64,000 nucleotides of DNA from Acidimicrobiia bacterium (GCA_035651955.1 DASRES010000046.1:6174-70173); one strand, 5' to 3'. Positions 9,495 to 18,914 are shown, counted from the stretch's first letter. Notes: generated by a model from the letters alone, not told the origin. Made by a program: numbers and translations.

Positions 9495-11174
9495 ATGGGG
9501 CTACCCGTCATCTTCGTGGTCGACGACGAGGAACGCGCGCTCTACACGCTCTGGAGCGATCTCGACCGACGGTTCGGCAAGGACTTCTCGGTTCGTGGCG
9601 AGCGCACGGCCGCGGCCGCGCTCGCCACGCTGGAGGAGCTGCGCGCCTCGGGTGACGACGTCGCGCTGGTGCTCGTCGACGACGCGATGCACGACACGAC
9701 GGGCGTGGAGCTGCTCGCGCGCGCGCACGAGCTCCACCCGGGTGCGAAGCGCGTGCTCATGGTCGACCGCGACTACTCGTCGACCAGTCCCGTCGTGCGC
9801 GCGATCACGCTGGGACAGGCGGACTACCACATCGTGCGGCCGTGGACGTCGGACGAGCAGCTGTACCGGAGCGTCGGCGACTTCCTCGCGACGTGGGCGA
9901 AGGAGCAGGACCCGTCCGTCGAGCTGTTCCGCGTCGTCGGCGCGCCGGGCGACGCGCGGCTGTACGAGCTGCGCGAGCTGATGATCCGCTTCGACATGCC
10001 GTTCCGCGTCTACTCGGTGCACGAGGAGGACGGACGCCGGCTCCTCGCGGAGGTCGGTGCCGACGCGTCGCGGCTCCCGGTGGTGATCCGTCACGACGGC
10101 CAGGTGATGGTGGACCCGAAGCTGCCGGAGCTCCTGCGGGCGGTCGGCGCGAGCGTGCGCGCCGACGTCGACGTCTGCGACGTCCTGATCGTCGGCGGCG
10201 GCCCCGCCGGGCTCGCCGCCGCGGTGTACGCCGCATCCGAGGGTCTGACGACCGTGCTGCTGGAGCAGACGCTGTCGGGCGGGCAGGCGGGCAACAGCCC
10301 GATGATCCGCAACTATCCCGGGTTCCCGCACGGGATCAGCGGCGCCGACCTCGTGCACCGCGCGTGTGAGCAGGCCTGGTTGTTCGGTGCGCATCTCGTG
10401 TTCGCCCAGCGCGCGACGGCGCTGGAGCAGCGCGGCGCGGGCTTCGTGGTCCACCTCGAGGACGGCACGGCCGTCGCGGCGCGCTCGGTCGTCGTCGCGA
10501 CCGGTGTGACGTGGCGCCGCATCGGCGTCCCTGCGCTCGAGGCGCTCGTCGGCGCGGGCGTGTTCTACGGAGCGGCCGTCGGCGAGACGAAGGCGATGCA
10601 GGGGCGCGACGTGTTCCTCGTCGGCGGTGGGAACTCCGCGGGCCAGGCCGCGCTCCACCTCGCGAGGTACGCGGCGTCGGTGGGACTCGTCGTGCGCGGC
10701 CCATCGCTGAGCGCCAAGATGTCCGACTACCTCGTGCGCGAGATCGAGTCGTCGTCGCGGATCACCGTCCACACCGGCACCGAGGTCGTCGACGGCGGCG
10801 GTGACGAGCGGCTCGAGCACGTCGTGCTGCGCGACCGGTCGACCGGGAAGACGTGCGACGTCCGTGTCGACGCGCTGTTCGTCCTCATCGGCGGCGAGCC
10901 GCACACGGAGTGGCTACCCGACGACGTCGAACGCGACGACCGCGGCTACGTCCTCACGGGGCGCGACCTCCGCGCGAGCGGCCGGCCCGGCGGCGAGACG
11001 GCCGCGACGCTCGAGACGAGCATCCCGGGCGTGTTCGCGGCGGGCGACGTGCGCCACGGATCGATCAAGCGCGTCGCGTCGGCAGTCGGCGAGGGCGCCA
11101 CGGCGATCCGTCTCGTCCACGACCATCTCGCGGACGCGGGCCCGCCCTCCCTCACCGTCCCCGTCGCGCTGTGA
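9495..11174 (+). CDS. fused receiver domain / thioredoxin-fold domain / thioredoxin-reductase-like flavoprotein (no CxxC)
   Basis: 559 aa. Receiver-like N-terminus (VVDDEE...LVLVDDAMHDTTG). FAD motif VLIVGGGPAGLAAA, NAD(P) motif FLVGGGNSAGQAA, and C-terminal AAGDVRHGSIKRVASAVGEGA. GAAV replaces the CATC active site. Confidence 0.85.
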   Translation: MGLPVIFVVDDEERALYTLWSDLDRRFGKDFSVRGERTAAAALATLEELRASGDDVALVLVDDAMHDTTGVELLARAHELHPGAKRVLMVDRDYSSTSPVVRAITLGQADYHIVRPWTSDEQLYRSVGDFLATWAKEQDPSVELFRVVGAPGDARLYELRELMIRFDMPFRVYSVHEEDGRRLLAEVGADASRLPVVIRHDGQVMVDPKLPELLRAVGASVRADVDVCDVLIVGGGPAGLAAAVYAASEGLTTVLLEQTLSGGQAGNSPMIRNYPGFPHGISGADLVHRACEQAWLFGAHLVFAQRATALEQRGAGFVVHLEDGTAVAARSVVVATGVTWRRIGVPALEALVGAGVFYGAAVGETKAMQGRDVFLVGGGNSAGQAALHLARYAASVGLVVRGPSLSAKMSDYLVREIESSSRITVHTGTEVVDGGGDERLEHVVLRDRSTGKTCDVRVDALFVLIGGEPHTEWLPDDVERDDRGYVLTGRDLRASGRPGGETAATLETSIPGVFAAGDVRHGSIKRVASAVGEGATAIRLVHDHLADAGPPSLTVPVAL

Positions 11175-11232
11175 CACGGGCGCTTTCGGCGCGCCGCGGT
11201 GCGCCGGTCGTCCGGCGCGTACGCTCACGCGC

Positions 11233-11670
11233 GTGAAGGTCGCGCTCGGCTCCGACGAACGCACCCCGCTCACGGACGCGGTCGCCGAGGCCCTCGTCGC
11301 GCGCGGCCACGACGTGGTCGCGGTCGGTCCACCGGGCGGCGACGAGCTGGAGTGGGCCGACGTCGGCCGGCGCGTCGGCGAGCTCGTCTCCGGCGGCGAC
11401 TGCGACACCGCGGTGCTGTTCTGCTGGACCGGCACGGGCGCGTCGATCGCGGCGAACAAGGTCCCGGGCGTGCGCGCCGCCCTGTGCACCGACGCGCAGA
11501 CCGCGGCGGGCGCGCGGCGGTGGAACGACGCCAACGTCCTCGTGATGGGTCTGCGGCTCACGAGCCCGGACGTCGCGAACGAGATGCTCGACGCGTGGTT
11601 CGCGACCGATGCCGACCCGACCGAGGCGGGCAACATCGCCAAGCTGGAGCGCGACCGCGTCGGCGGATGA
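11233..11670 (+). CDS. rpiB: ribose-5-phosphate isomerase B (RpiB/LacA/LacB family)
   Basis: GTG start. VKVALGSDERTPLTDAV...CWTGTGASIAANKVPGVRAALC...ARRWNDANVLVMG. Confidence 0.8.
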   Translation: MKVALGSDERTPLTDAVAEALVARGHDVVAVGPPGGDELEWADVGRRVGELVSGGDCDTAVLFCWTGTGASIAANKVPGVRAALCTDAQTAAGARRWNDANVLVMGLRLTSPDVANEMLDAWFATDADPTEAGNIAKLERDRVGG

Positions 11671-11688
11671 CGGCGTAGGGTTGACGTC

Positions 11689-11985
11689 GTGCCGACCTAC
11701 GTGATGCTGAGCACGATCGGTCCCGACGGCTGGGCAACCGTGCGTGAGAACCCCGACCGCATCAACGCGGTGACGCGCGAGGTCGAGGCGATGGGTGTGC
11801 GAGTGATCGCGCAGTACGCGGTGCTCGGTCAGTACGACTTCGTGAACGTGCTGGAGGCTCCCGACGAGAAGACCGTCGCGCGCGTCGCGGTCATGCTCGC
11901 CGCGCGCGGGACGATGCGCAGCACGACCATGCAGGCAGTGCCGCTCGACGAGTTCGTCGCGTCACTCCACGACGACGCGCGCTAG
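11689..11985 (+). CDS. GYD domain-containing protein
   Basis: 98 aa. PTYVMLSTIGPDGW...VLGQYDFVNVLEAPDEKTVARV. Confidence 0.7.
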   Translation: MPTYVMLSTIGPDGWATVRENPDRINAVTREVEAMGVRVIAQYAVLGQYDFVNVLEAPDEKTVARVAVMLAARGTMRSTTMQAVPLDEFVASLHDDAR

Positions 11986-12182
11986 TACCACCACATCGAC
12001 GACCGGCGGCGCTCTTCGCGCACGTCGTCGTGGGTGAACAGCACTGGCAGCAGGCTCCCGTCGGAGCGGCGACGTACCCGGTACGACGGCTCGCGGTCCT
12101 GGACGACCTCGGCGATCTCGAACCCGCGCGACCAGGAGGCGTCGAAACGGGAACGCACCTCCACCCGCGTGCCGGGGCCCAC
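11982..12182 (-). CDS. small hypothetical protein (66 aa), start uncertain
   Basis: GC3-rich codons in an otherwise empty 300-nt gap: VGPGTRVEVRSRFDASWSRGFEIAEVV...LLPVLFTHDDVREERR. The upstream part of the track ORF is antisense to rnhB and was rejected. Confidence 0.35.
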   Translation of the reverse strand: MGPGTRVEVRSRFDASWSRGFEIAEVVQDREPSYRVRRRSDGSLLPVLFTHDDVREERRRSSMWWY

Positions 12183-12285
12183 GTGGACGATGGTACGGCG
12201 GTTCGTCCACCGGCGGAACGGGGTCGCGGCGCGTGCACGGGTCGGTGCATCGCGCGCGAGGAGGGCCGCGCTACCTTCCGGTGGC

Positions 12286-12951
12286 GTGAGCCCCGTCGTC
12301 CCGTTCCCGACGCTGCGGATGGAGCGCAAGTGCTGGGAGTCCGGCGACCGCGTCGTGTGCGGGATGGACGAGGTCGGCCGGGGCGCATGGGCCGGGCCCG
12401 CGACCGTGGCCGCCGTCATCCCCGCCCCGGAGCACCTCCGTGGCGTCCGCGACTCCAAGCTGCTGACGCCCGAGGAGCGCGAGCGCGCCGCGAAGCGGAT
12501 CCGCGGGTGGGCCGTCGCGATCGGCGTTGGTCACGCCTCACACGAGGAGTGCGACACGCTCGGCATGACCGCGGCGCTGCGCGCGGCCGGGCGACGGGCG
12601 CTCGCCCAGATCGCCGCGCAGGGCTACGAGCCGGACCGCATCATCCTCGACGGTAACCACGACTACCTCGGGCTCGGCACCCGCGTGACGACGCGCATCA
12701 AGGCCGACATGACGTGTCTCGCGGTCGCGGCCGCGTCGGTTGTCGCCAAGGTGACGCGGGACGCGATGATGGGCGACGAGGCCGAGCACTACCCGGCGTA
12801 CGACTTCGAGTCGAACCGGGGCTATCCCGCGCCGGTGCACAAGATGGCGCTCGCCGCGTACGGGCCGAGCGCGATCCACCGCCGGACGTGGATCTTCATG
12901 GACCACCTGTGCTGGCGCGGGCTCGAACCCGCGCCGGGTCGGCTCTTCTAG
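12286..12951 (+). CDS. rnhB: ribonuclease HII
   Basis: VCGMDEVGRGAWAGP...DSKLLTP..RE...ILDGN...ADMTCLAVAAASVVAKVTRD...NRGYP. GTG at 12286 is chosen as the start; ATG at 12319 is an alternative. Confidence 0.85.
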   Translation: MSPVVPFPTLRMERKCWESGDRVVCGMDEVGRGAWAGPATVAAVIPAPEHLRGVRDSKLLTPEERERAAKRIRGWAVAIGVGHASHEECDTLGMTAALRAAGRRALAQIAAQGYEPDRIILDGNHDYLGLGTRVTTRIKADMTCLAVAAASVVAKVTRDAMMGDEAEHYPAYDFESNRGYPAPVHKMALAAYGPSAIHRRTWIFMDHLCWRGLEPAPGRLF

Positions 12952-12961
12952 TCTCCTGCAG

Positions 12962-13261
12962 GTGGGTCAGGACATCGGCGTGACGGCGCGGCGGGGCGCG
13001 AGCCCGTCCGTCGTCATCTTCGACCTCGACCGCACGCTCACCGGCATGGCGATCGAGCGGTACCCGTCGCGGGACGCGGCACAGGGTGCGCGACCGTGTG
13101 ACGTGCTGGCGTCGCGCCTGTTCGATCTCGGCGCGACGAACGTCACCGTGTACTCCAACGTCGTCACCGTGGAGGCGCCGGCCGAGCGGTGGGACGCGCT
13201 CCTGCCCGAGGCGACGACGGCGATCGAAGGCCTCTTCCGGTACTACGACGCGACCGCGTAG
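12962..13261 (+). CDS. small protein resembling the Nfu/NifU N-terminal scaffold domain
   Basis: 99 aa. The pattern LASRLFDLGATNVTVYSNVVTVEAP..RWDALLPEATTAIEGLF resembles Nfu_N. Weak call. Confidence 0.4.
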   Translation: MGQDIGVTARRGASPSVVIFDLDRTLTGMAIERYPSRDAAQGARPCDVLASRLFDLGATNVTVYSNVVTVEAPAERWDALLPEATTAIEGLFRYYDATA

Positions 13262-13263
13262 CC

Positions 13264-13782
13264 GTGCACGTCCGGCCTGCCCGTGTCTCGGACGTCGACG
13301 ACATCCGGCGCATCGAGGCGTCGTCGGGCACGGTGTTCGACGACGCCGGGATGCACGACGTCGCGGCAGCCGAGCTCCCGTCCGCCGAGCACGTCGCCGG
13401 CTACGTGCGGCGCGGTCACGCATGGGTGGTCGCCGACGACCGCGACGCGCCAGTGGCGTTCGTGCTCGTCGACGTCGTCGACGGGTGCGCGCACGTCGAG
13501 CAGGTGTCCGTCGCGCGCGAGCACCATCACAACCGCTACGGACGGACGCTGCTGGAGCAGGTCGCGACGTGGGCGCAGGCACGCGGCATGCACGCGCTGA
13601 CGCTCACGACGTTCCGCGACGTCCCGTGGAACGCGCCCTACTACGAGCGTTGCGGCTTTCGCACCCTGCGCGACGACGAGATCACGCCGGGCCTGCGAGA
13701 CGTCCGCGCGCACGAGACGGCGCACGGGCTCGATCCCGACGCGCGCGTCTGCATGCGACGCGACCTCACAGCGACCCCGTGA
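13264..13782 (+). CDS. GNAT family N-acetyltransferase
   Basis: GTG start. VHVRPARVSDVDDIRRIE...HVEQVSVAREHHHNRYGRTLLEQV...YERCGF. Confidence 0.8.
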   Translation: MHVRPARVSDVDDIRRIEASSGTVFDDAGMHDVAAAELPSAEHVAGYVRRGHAWVVADDRDAPVAFVLVDVVDGCAHVEQVSVAREHHHNRYGRTLLEQVATWAQARGMHALTLTTFRDVPWNAPYYERCGFRTLRDDEITPGLRDVRAHETAHGLDPDARVCMRRDLTATP

Positions 13783-16513
13783 CGGCGGTGCACGCGAAGC
13801 CCGACGCCTGCCCGACGCTCGGCGCGACGTAGCCAAGGTCGAGCTGCGTGGCCGGGTCGGGTTGACCGGCTTCGAACACTGCCGCGCTCGCCTCGAGCCG
13901 GTCCGCGGGCACCGTTCGCTCCAGGGTCGTGCGCAGGTGCGCGGCGACCGCGATCCCGTCGGGCGTCACGGATGAGCCCAGCTCGGCGCTCGCCTGGTCG
14001 GCGAGACGTGCCATGTCCGCGTCGCTCACGCCGAGGACGCGCAGCGCGTCCTCGGCAGCCTGCGCGCGCTGCAGGATGGGCGTGGCCCGCCGGGCGAGCT
14101 CCACTGGTCCGGTCTCGACGTACGGGCCGAGGGTCCGGGTGAGCACGGGCGCGTAGAGCAGGTCGGTGACGCCGGCCGACGCCGGTGAGTCGCCGAGGAT
14201 CGTCTGCGCCCACGCGACGACGGCCCGGACCGCGGGCTCGATCGTCGCGCAGAACCGTTGGGGATCCCCGCCCGTCAACGTGGCGATCGGCGTCGCGTCC
14301 GGGACCGGCGCGACCGTCCCGACCGCGATCTCCGGTGGCGGGACGGGGTTCGACGTGCCGGGCGCCGGCGACGTACTGCCGGGACCGTTGCCGCGCGCCT
14401 TCGCCTCGTGCACCTTGGTCAACGTCGCGCGGTTGATCTTCCGCAGCGTCGACACCAGCGCGCCGCGCTCCGAGAAGTTCACCGCGACGACGTTGGGGAG
14501 CGCGCCGCGCTGCGCGATGCACGTCTCGATGCGCTTCGTGAGCGTCGCGCCCGAGTTCACGGACGACGCGCCCGACGGGTCCGGCGTGGTGTTCGTGATC
14601 CAGTGGTTCAGCAGGAACAGCGGCTTGCCCGTTCCGCCGCGGAACGGCTTGCAGTTGAACTGCGTGGTCGACTGGAAGTCGTACGGCGTCTCCTGGAACC
14701 AGTCGTACGCGCGCTGGTACCAGGCGGGCGCGCCGGGGCCCCCTTGCTCCGCGAAGACGAGCAGCGTGCGCCGCTCGTCGATGAGCTGACGCAGCGTCGG
14801 CAACGGCTTCCCGCGCTCCAGCGTCGCGACGCGGTCACCGAGCCCCGCGGCCTCGATCGCGGCCGCAGTGTCGGCGGGCGTCGTCGCGTCCTGGATGATC
14901 GTCATCACGACGTCGTCGGGGTGCGTGTCGAGGAACGTCTTGAAGTCGGCGAGCACGCTCGAGAACGGCACCGCCCCGAGCTCGCAGTAGTTGTGGCACA
15001 GGTAGATGTCACGCTGCGCGTCGGCCGCGCGCGGTGCACGCGCCGCCAGGCGCGCGGCGCGCTCGGCGACCTGCGGGTCGACCGTCTCGCCCGCCGGCTG
15101 TCGCAGCTCCGCGGCGCGGTCGGTGAGCACCATGCGCGTGTCGGAACCCGGGAGGCGGACGCGCGACGGCACGCCGTAGTGCGTGTCGATCAGGAACGCG
15201 CGGATGCCCGACTGGAGCTGCCCCTTGATCGTGTCGAGCTGCTCGCCGAACAGGAACCCCGGGTACAGCGACGACGACATCGAGTTGTGCGTGCCCGGGA
15301 ACATCACCTGGTCGATGCGCAGGTCGCACAGCGACTCGTCGCCGTTGCACGGAACCTTCCCGGCCGCGTCCGCGCGCTTCGCGGCGCCCGCGGCGCTGAA
15401 GAACAGCCCGACGCTCGCCAGCGCGACGAGCACCGCGACCGTCGACGCGACGAGCGCGACGTGCCGCCGCTGCGCTCGTGGCGACGTGCCGACCGGGAGC
15501 GACCGCACGAGGCGCAGGATCTCCGTGATGCCGAGGTAGCTGAGCCACATGCCGGCGACCACGGCGACGAGGCGCACGTTCCCGGACGGGTCCTGGACGA
15601 GGAACAGCCCCGCGAGCAGCGCGAGCACGCCGAGCACGACGGTGCCGAACGTCGTCGCGCGGCGGCGGTCCACCCAGCCACGGAAGCGGTCCGCGACGAC
15701 CGCCGGGGTGTACCGCACCCCGACCGTCGCGGCCGCGACCGCGACGAGCCCGTATCCCGCGATCCACAGCCCGACCGCGCGCAGGTCCGCGGTGCCGCGC
15801 GTGAACGCGCCGCCGACCGCGTCGGCGAGGTCGGCGCCGTCGACCTGGCGCTGCGCCCACCAGCCGAGCAGCTGGAGCGCGAGCACGATCACCGCGCCGT
15901 CGACGACGAGCACCCAGCCGAGGCGGCGCACGCACCGCCGCCGGTCGCCGGCGAGCACGAGCGCACCGGTCGCGGCCGCGAGCGCACCGAGGATCGCGAT
16001 CCACGCGATCGACGCGATCGTCCGGTCGAGCTTCCAGATGCCGAGGTCCCCGAGGCGGTGGGTGACGTCCGAGAGGCTGTCCCCGAGACCACCTTGTTGC
16101 TCACCCGCCTGCGCGGGCGACTCCGACGCCTGCAGCGAGCTCGTGATGATCGCGACCGAGTCCTGGAGGTTCAGCCCGGCCGACCCGTTCTGGCCGCTGA
16201 GGATCGCCGCGTGGGTGCGGCGGACCGCGGTGCGGAAGATCGAACGGAACGCGTCGGTGTCGACGACGGTCTGGATCGCGAGCTGCAGGCCGGGGCGGAA
16301 GTTGACCGCCTGCTCGTTGCCGCTGCGCGCGAGCTCCTCGGTGAGACGGCGCGCGAGCACGGTGCGCACCGCGGACGAGCGGAGGATGTCGACCGTGCGG
16401 TTGCTGAACGTCGTGCTGTCGTAGAGCGTGTCGCGCGCCCACGACGCGACGACGCCGACGGGCAGCAGCAACGCGGCGACGACGAGCAGGGCGGTGCTGA
16501 TCCGTCGCCGCAA
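13766..16513 (-). CDS. large polytopic membrane protein with PI-PLC X-domain-like (At5g67130-like) phosphodiesterase domain
   Basis: 915 aa. N-terminal signal/TM, then about 6-7 hydrophobic segments, then MFPGTHNSMSS...GIRAFLIDTHYG...IYLCHNYCELG...DDVVMTIIQD...LLNHW. Confidence 0.75.
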   Translation of the reverse strand: MRRRISTALLVVAALLLPVGVVASWARDTLYDSTTFSNRTVDILRSSAVRTVLARRLTEELARSGNEQAVNFRPGLQLAIQTVVDTDAFRSIFRTAVRRTHAAILSGQNGSAGLNLQDSVAIITSSLQASESPAQAGEQQGGLGDSLSDVTHRLGDLGIWKLDRTIASIAWIAILGALAAATGALVLAGDRRRCVRRLGWVLVVDGAVIVLALQLLGWWAQRQVDGADLADAVGGAFTRGTADLRAVGLWIAGYGLVAVAAATVGVRYTPAVVADRFRGWVDRRRATTFGTVVLGVLALLAGLFLVQDPSGNVRLVAVVAGMWLSYLGITEILRLVRSLPVGTSPRAQRRHVALVASTVAVLVALASVGLFFSAAGAAKRADAAGKVPCNGDESLCDLRIDQVMFPGTHNSMSSSLYPGFLFGEQLDTIKGQLQSGIRAFLIDTHYGVPSRVRLPGSDTRMVLTDRAAELRQPAGETVDPQVAERAARLAARAPRAADAQRDIYLCHNYCELGAVPFSSVLADFKTFLDTHPDDVVMTIIQDATTPADTAAAIEAAGLGDRVATLERGKPLPTLRQLIDERRTLLVFAEQGGPGAPAWYQRAYDWFQETPYDFQSTTQFNCKPFRGGTGKPLFLLNHWITNTTPDPSGASSVNSGATLTKRIETCIAQRGALPNVVAVNFSERGALVSTLRKINRATLTKVHEAKARGNGPGSTSPAPGTSNPVPPPEIAVGTVAPVPDATPIATLTGGDPQRFCATIEPAVRAVVAWAQTILGDSPASAGVTDLLYAPVLTRTLGPYVETGPVELARRATPILQRAQAAEDALRVLGVSDADMARLADQASAELGSSVTPDGIAVAAHLRTTLERTVPADRLEASAAVFEAGQPDPATQLDLGYVAPSVGQASGFACTAVTGSL

Positions 16514-16597
16514 CCGTCAACCCCCTGCCTGCGTCGCACGCGTCCGGCTCTGTCTAGCAGCGAGGGCCCGGGGTGTCGCCGGGCCCACTTGCGGATG

Positions 16598-16611
16598 CGA
16601 ACATGTGTTCG
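16598..16611. promoter_or_regulatory. LexA SOS box CGAACATGTGTTCG
   Basis: Perfect match to the actinobacterial/Gram-positive core CGAAC-N4-GTTCG. It lies directly at or over the first candidate start of imuA'. Confidence 0.75.
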
Positions 16612-17291
16612 GTACGGTCATTCCCGTGGCCCTGGCTGCACTTCCCCGGCGTGACGACGCGGCACGCGAGCACCTTGACAACGTGGCCCGGCGGGCCCGT
16701 CCGGTCGTGTTCGCACACGAGCGGACCATCCCGGTCGACACCGGCATCGGCGACCTGCTGCCGTGGCGCGGCGTGCAGCGGGGCACGGTCGTGGCGGTCG
16801 ACGGCCCGCGTGGCGCGGGAGCGACGACGGTCGCCCTGCAGCTCGCGGCGGCCGTGACCGCGGCGGGCGAGTGGGCCGCGGCCGTCGACCCCGACACGTC
16901 GCTCGGCGGGTTGGCCGCCGCCGAGACGGGGGTCGACGTCGAGCGGTTCGCCGTCGTGCGCGGCGTTGCGCCGGCGCGCTGGGTCGAGGTCGTCGGCGCG
17001 CTGCTCGACGGTGTCGCGCTCGTCGTCGCCGGTGTGCCGGCCGGGGTGCGCGCGGGTGAGGCACGCCGGCTCGTCGGGCGCACGCGTGAGCGTGGCGCGG
17101 TGCTCGTCGCGCTCGGGCCCTGGCCCGTCGAGGCCGCGGTGCGCCTGCGGGCCGGCGGTGGACGGTGGCGCGGCCTCGGCCGTGGCGAGGGTCTCCTCAC
17201 CGGCCGCGCGCTCGACGTCTCCGTCGTGGCGCACGGTGCGGCCGTACGCTCGCGCGAGCTGCACGTCGAGCCCTACGCACGCGCCGGCTGA
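16605..17291 (+). CDS. imuA: ImuA'-like (RecA-fold) mutasome accessory protein
   Basis: Position upstream of imuB/dnaE2 behind an SOS box. P-loop-like VDGPRGAGATTVALQLAAA. The start is ambiguous (GTG 16605 or 16626). Confidence 0.65.
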   Translation: MFGTVIPVALAALPRRDDAAREHLDNVARRARPVVFAHERTIPVDTGIGDLLPWRGVQRGTVVAVDGPRGAGATTVALQLAAAVTAAGEWAAAVDPDTSLGGLAAAETGVDVERFAVVRGVAPARWVEVVGALLDGVALVVAGVPAGVRAGEARRLVGRTRERGAVLVALGPWPVEAAVRLRAGGGRWRGLGRGEGLLTGRALDVSVVAHGAAVRSRELHVEPYARAG

Positions 17292-17303
17292 CGCGCGGGT
17301 CCC

Positions 17304-18914
17304 GTGAACGACGCCGGCACACGGACGTGTTGCGTATGGGTCCCCGACTGGCCCGTCGTTGTCGCGCGACGGACGGACACCGCACTGCACGAGCGCGCGG
17401 TCGTGGTGCTCGAGCCACCCGGGTCGCACCGTTCGGGACTGGTGCGCGCCGCGTCATTCGAGGCGCGCGCGGAGGGGGCGGTGCCCGGGCTGCGGCGGCG
17501 GGAGGCCGAGGTGCGCTGTCCCGGCGTCGCCGTCCTCGACGCCGACCTCGCGGCCGAGGCGCGCGTGTTCGAGGTGCTCGCCCGCGCGGTGGAGGTGCTC
17601 ACGCCACGCGTCGAGCTCGAGCGACCGGGGCGCTTGTCGTTCCCGACGCGCGGGCCGTCGCGGTACTTCGGTGGCGACGACGCGCTGGTCGCACGCGTGC
17701 GCGCCGCGATCGCGGACGCCGGGCTCGGTGACGTCCCGGCTCGGGTCGGGATCGCCGGGAGCCGGTTCGCGGCCCGGCTCGCGGCGCGGCGTGACACCGT
17801 CGTCGCGCCGGACGCGACGCGCGAGTTCCTCGACCCGTGGCCCGTCCGCGTCCTCGGCGATCCCGATCTCGCCGACCTGCTCGCGCGTCTCGGCATACGG
17901 ACACTCGGCGCGTTCGACGCGCTGCCGGCACCCGCGGTGCTCGCGCGCTTCGGTCCCGAGGGACATCGCGCGCACCGGCTCGCGCGCGGGCTCGACCTCC
18001 GGCCGCCCGTGCTCGAGCCCCCGCCGCCCGAGCTCGTCGAGACGCACGAGCTCGATCCGCCCGCCGCGCGCGTCGACGTCGCGACGTTCGCGGCGAAGAC
18101 GATGGCCGACCGCCTGCTCGGCGCGCTCGCGGCGCGCGGGCTCGGCTGCACGCACGTGCTCGTCGAAGCCGAGACCGAGCACGGCGAGCGGCTGGCGCGC
18201 GGGTGGCGGCACGACCGCGCGCTGACGCCCGCGGCGCTGGCCGAGCGCGTCCGCTGGCAGCTCGAGGGCTGGCTCGGGAACGGCGCCGGTGCCCGGGACG
18301 AGGAGCTCGTCGCCGCGGACGCGGTCACCGGCGGGCTGACCTTGCTGCGCCTCGTGCCCGAGGAGGTCGTCCCCGCGACGGGCCGGCAGCTCGGCTTCTG
18401 GGGTGGCGACGCCGCGACGGCGGACCGCGCCGCGCGCACCTTCGCCCGGGTCCAGGGCCTGCTCGGGCCGGACGCCGTCGTGTCACCCGTCGTGCAGGGT
18501 GGCCGCACGCCCGGTGAGCGCGTCCGTTGGGTGCCGTGGGGCGAGCCGCGCGCCGCGACCGCGGACGTCGCCGCCCCGTGGCCCGGCGCGATCCCGTCGC
18601 CGGCACCGGCGCGGGTGCTCGAGCCGCCCGTGCCCGCGGAGGTGCTCGACGACGACGGGACGCCCGTGCGCGTGTCGGCGCGTGGTGACGCGTCGGGGGA
18701 GCCCGCGATGGTGCGCAGCGGCGCGCTGCCGGGCGGCGGGGGACCGGTGGTCGCGTGGACCGGACCGTGGGTGCACGACGTGCGGTGGTGGGACGGTCGC
18801 GCCCGACGCCGTGAGGCGCGCTGGCAGGTCGTCGTGCGCGCGGACGGCGTCGACGTCGCGTGCCTCGTCGCGCTCGGCCGGGGCCGGGCCACGGTCGAGG
18901 CGGTGTACGACTGA
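17304..18914 (+). CDS. imuB: ImuB, Y-family polymerase-like mutasome subunit
   Basis: 536 aa. The opening TRTCCVWVPDWPVVVA is typical of ImuB. Synteny with dnaE2. Confidence 0.85.
   Translation: MNDAGTRTCCVWVPDWPVVVARRTDTALHERAVVVLEPPGSHRSGLVRAASFEARAEGAVPGLRRREAEVRCPGVAVLDADLAAEARVFEVLARAVEVLTPRVELERPGRLSFPTRGPSRYFGGDDALVARVRAAIADAGLGDVPARVGIAGSRFAARLAARRDTVVAPDATREFLDPWPVRVLGDPDLADLLARLGIRTLGAFDALPAPAVLARFGPEGHRAHRLARGLDLRPPVLEPPPPELVETHELDPPAARVDVATFAAKTMADRLLGALAARGLGCTHVLVEAETEHGERLARGWRHDRALTPAALAERVRWQLEGWLGNGAGARDEELVAADAVTGGLTLLRLVPEEVVPATGRQLGFWGGDAATADRAARTFARVQGLLGPDAVVSPVVQGGRTPGERVRWVPWGEPRAATADVAAPWPGAIPSPAPARVLEPPVPAEVLDDDGTPVRVSARGDASGEPAMVRSGALPGGGGPVVAWTGPWVHDVRWWDGRARRREARWQVVVRADGVDVACLVALGRGRATVEAVYD

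Noticed and set aside
6595-9981. 1128-aa plus-strand ORF, and similar giants (14258-16654, 47178-49739, 36312-38750, 3458-4945, 53453-55402, 42191-44035 upstream parts)
   Set aside because: They have low-complexity Arg/Ala/Pro/Gly composition and lie antisense to, or in an alternate frame of, genes with clear family motifs (GH38, PLC-like membrane protein, etc.). They show no motifs of their own.
9495-11174. Annotating the fusion protein as a bona fide thioredoxin-disulfide reductase
   Set aside because: The CxxC redox-active disulfide is absent (GAAV in place of CATC). Only the flavoprotein fold call is supported.
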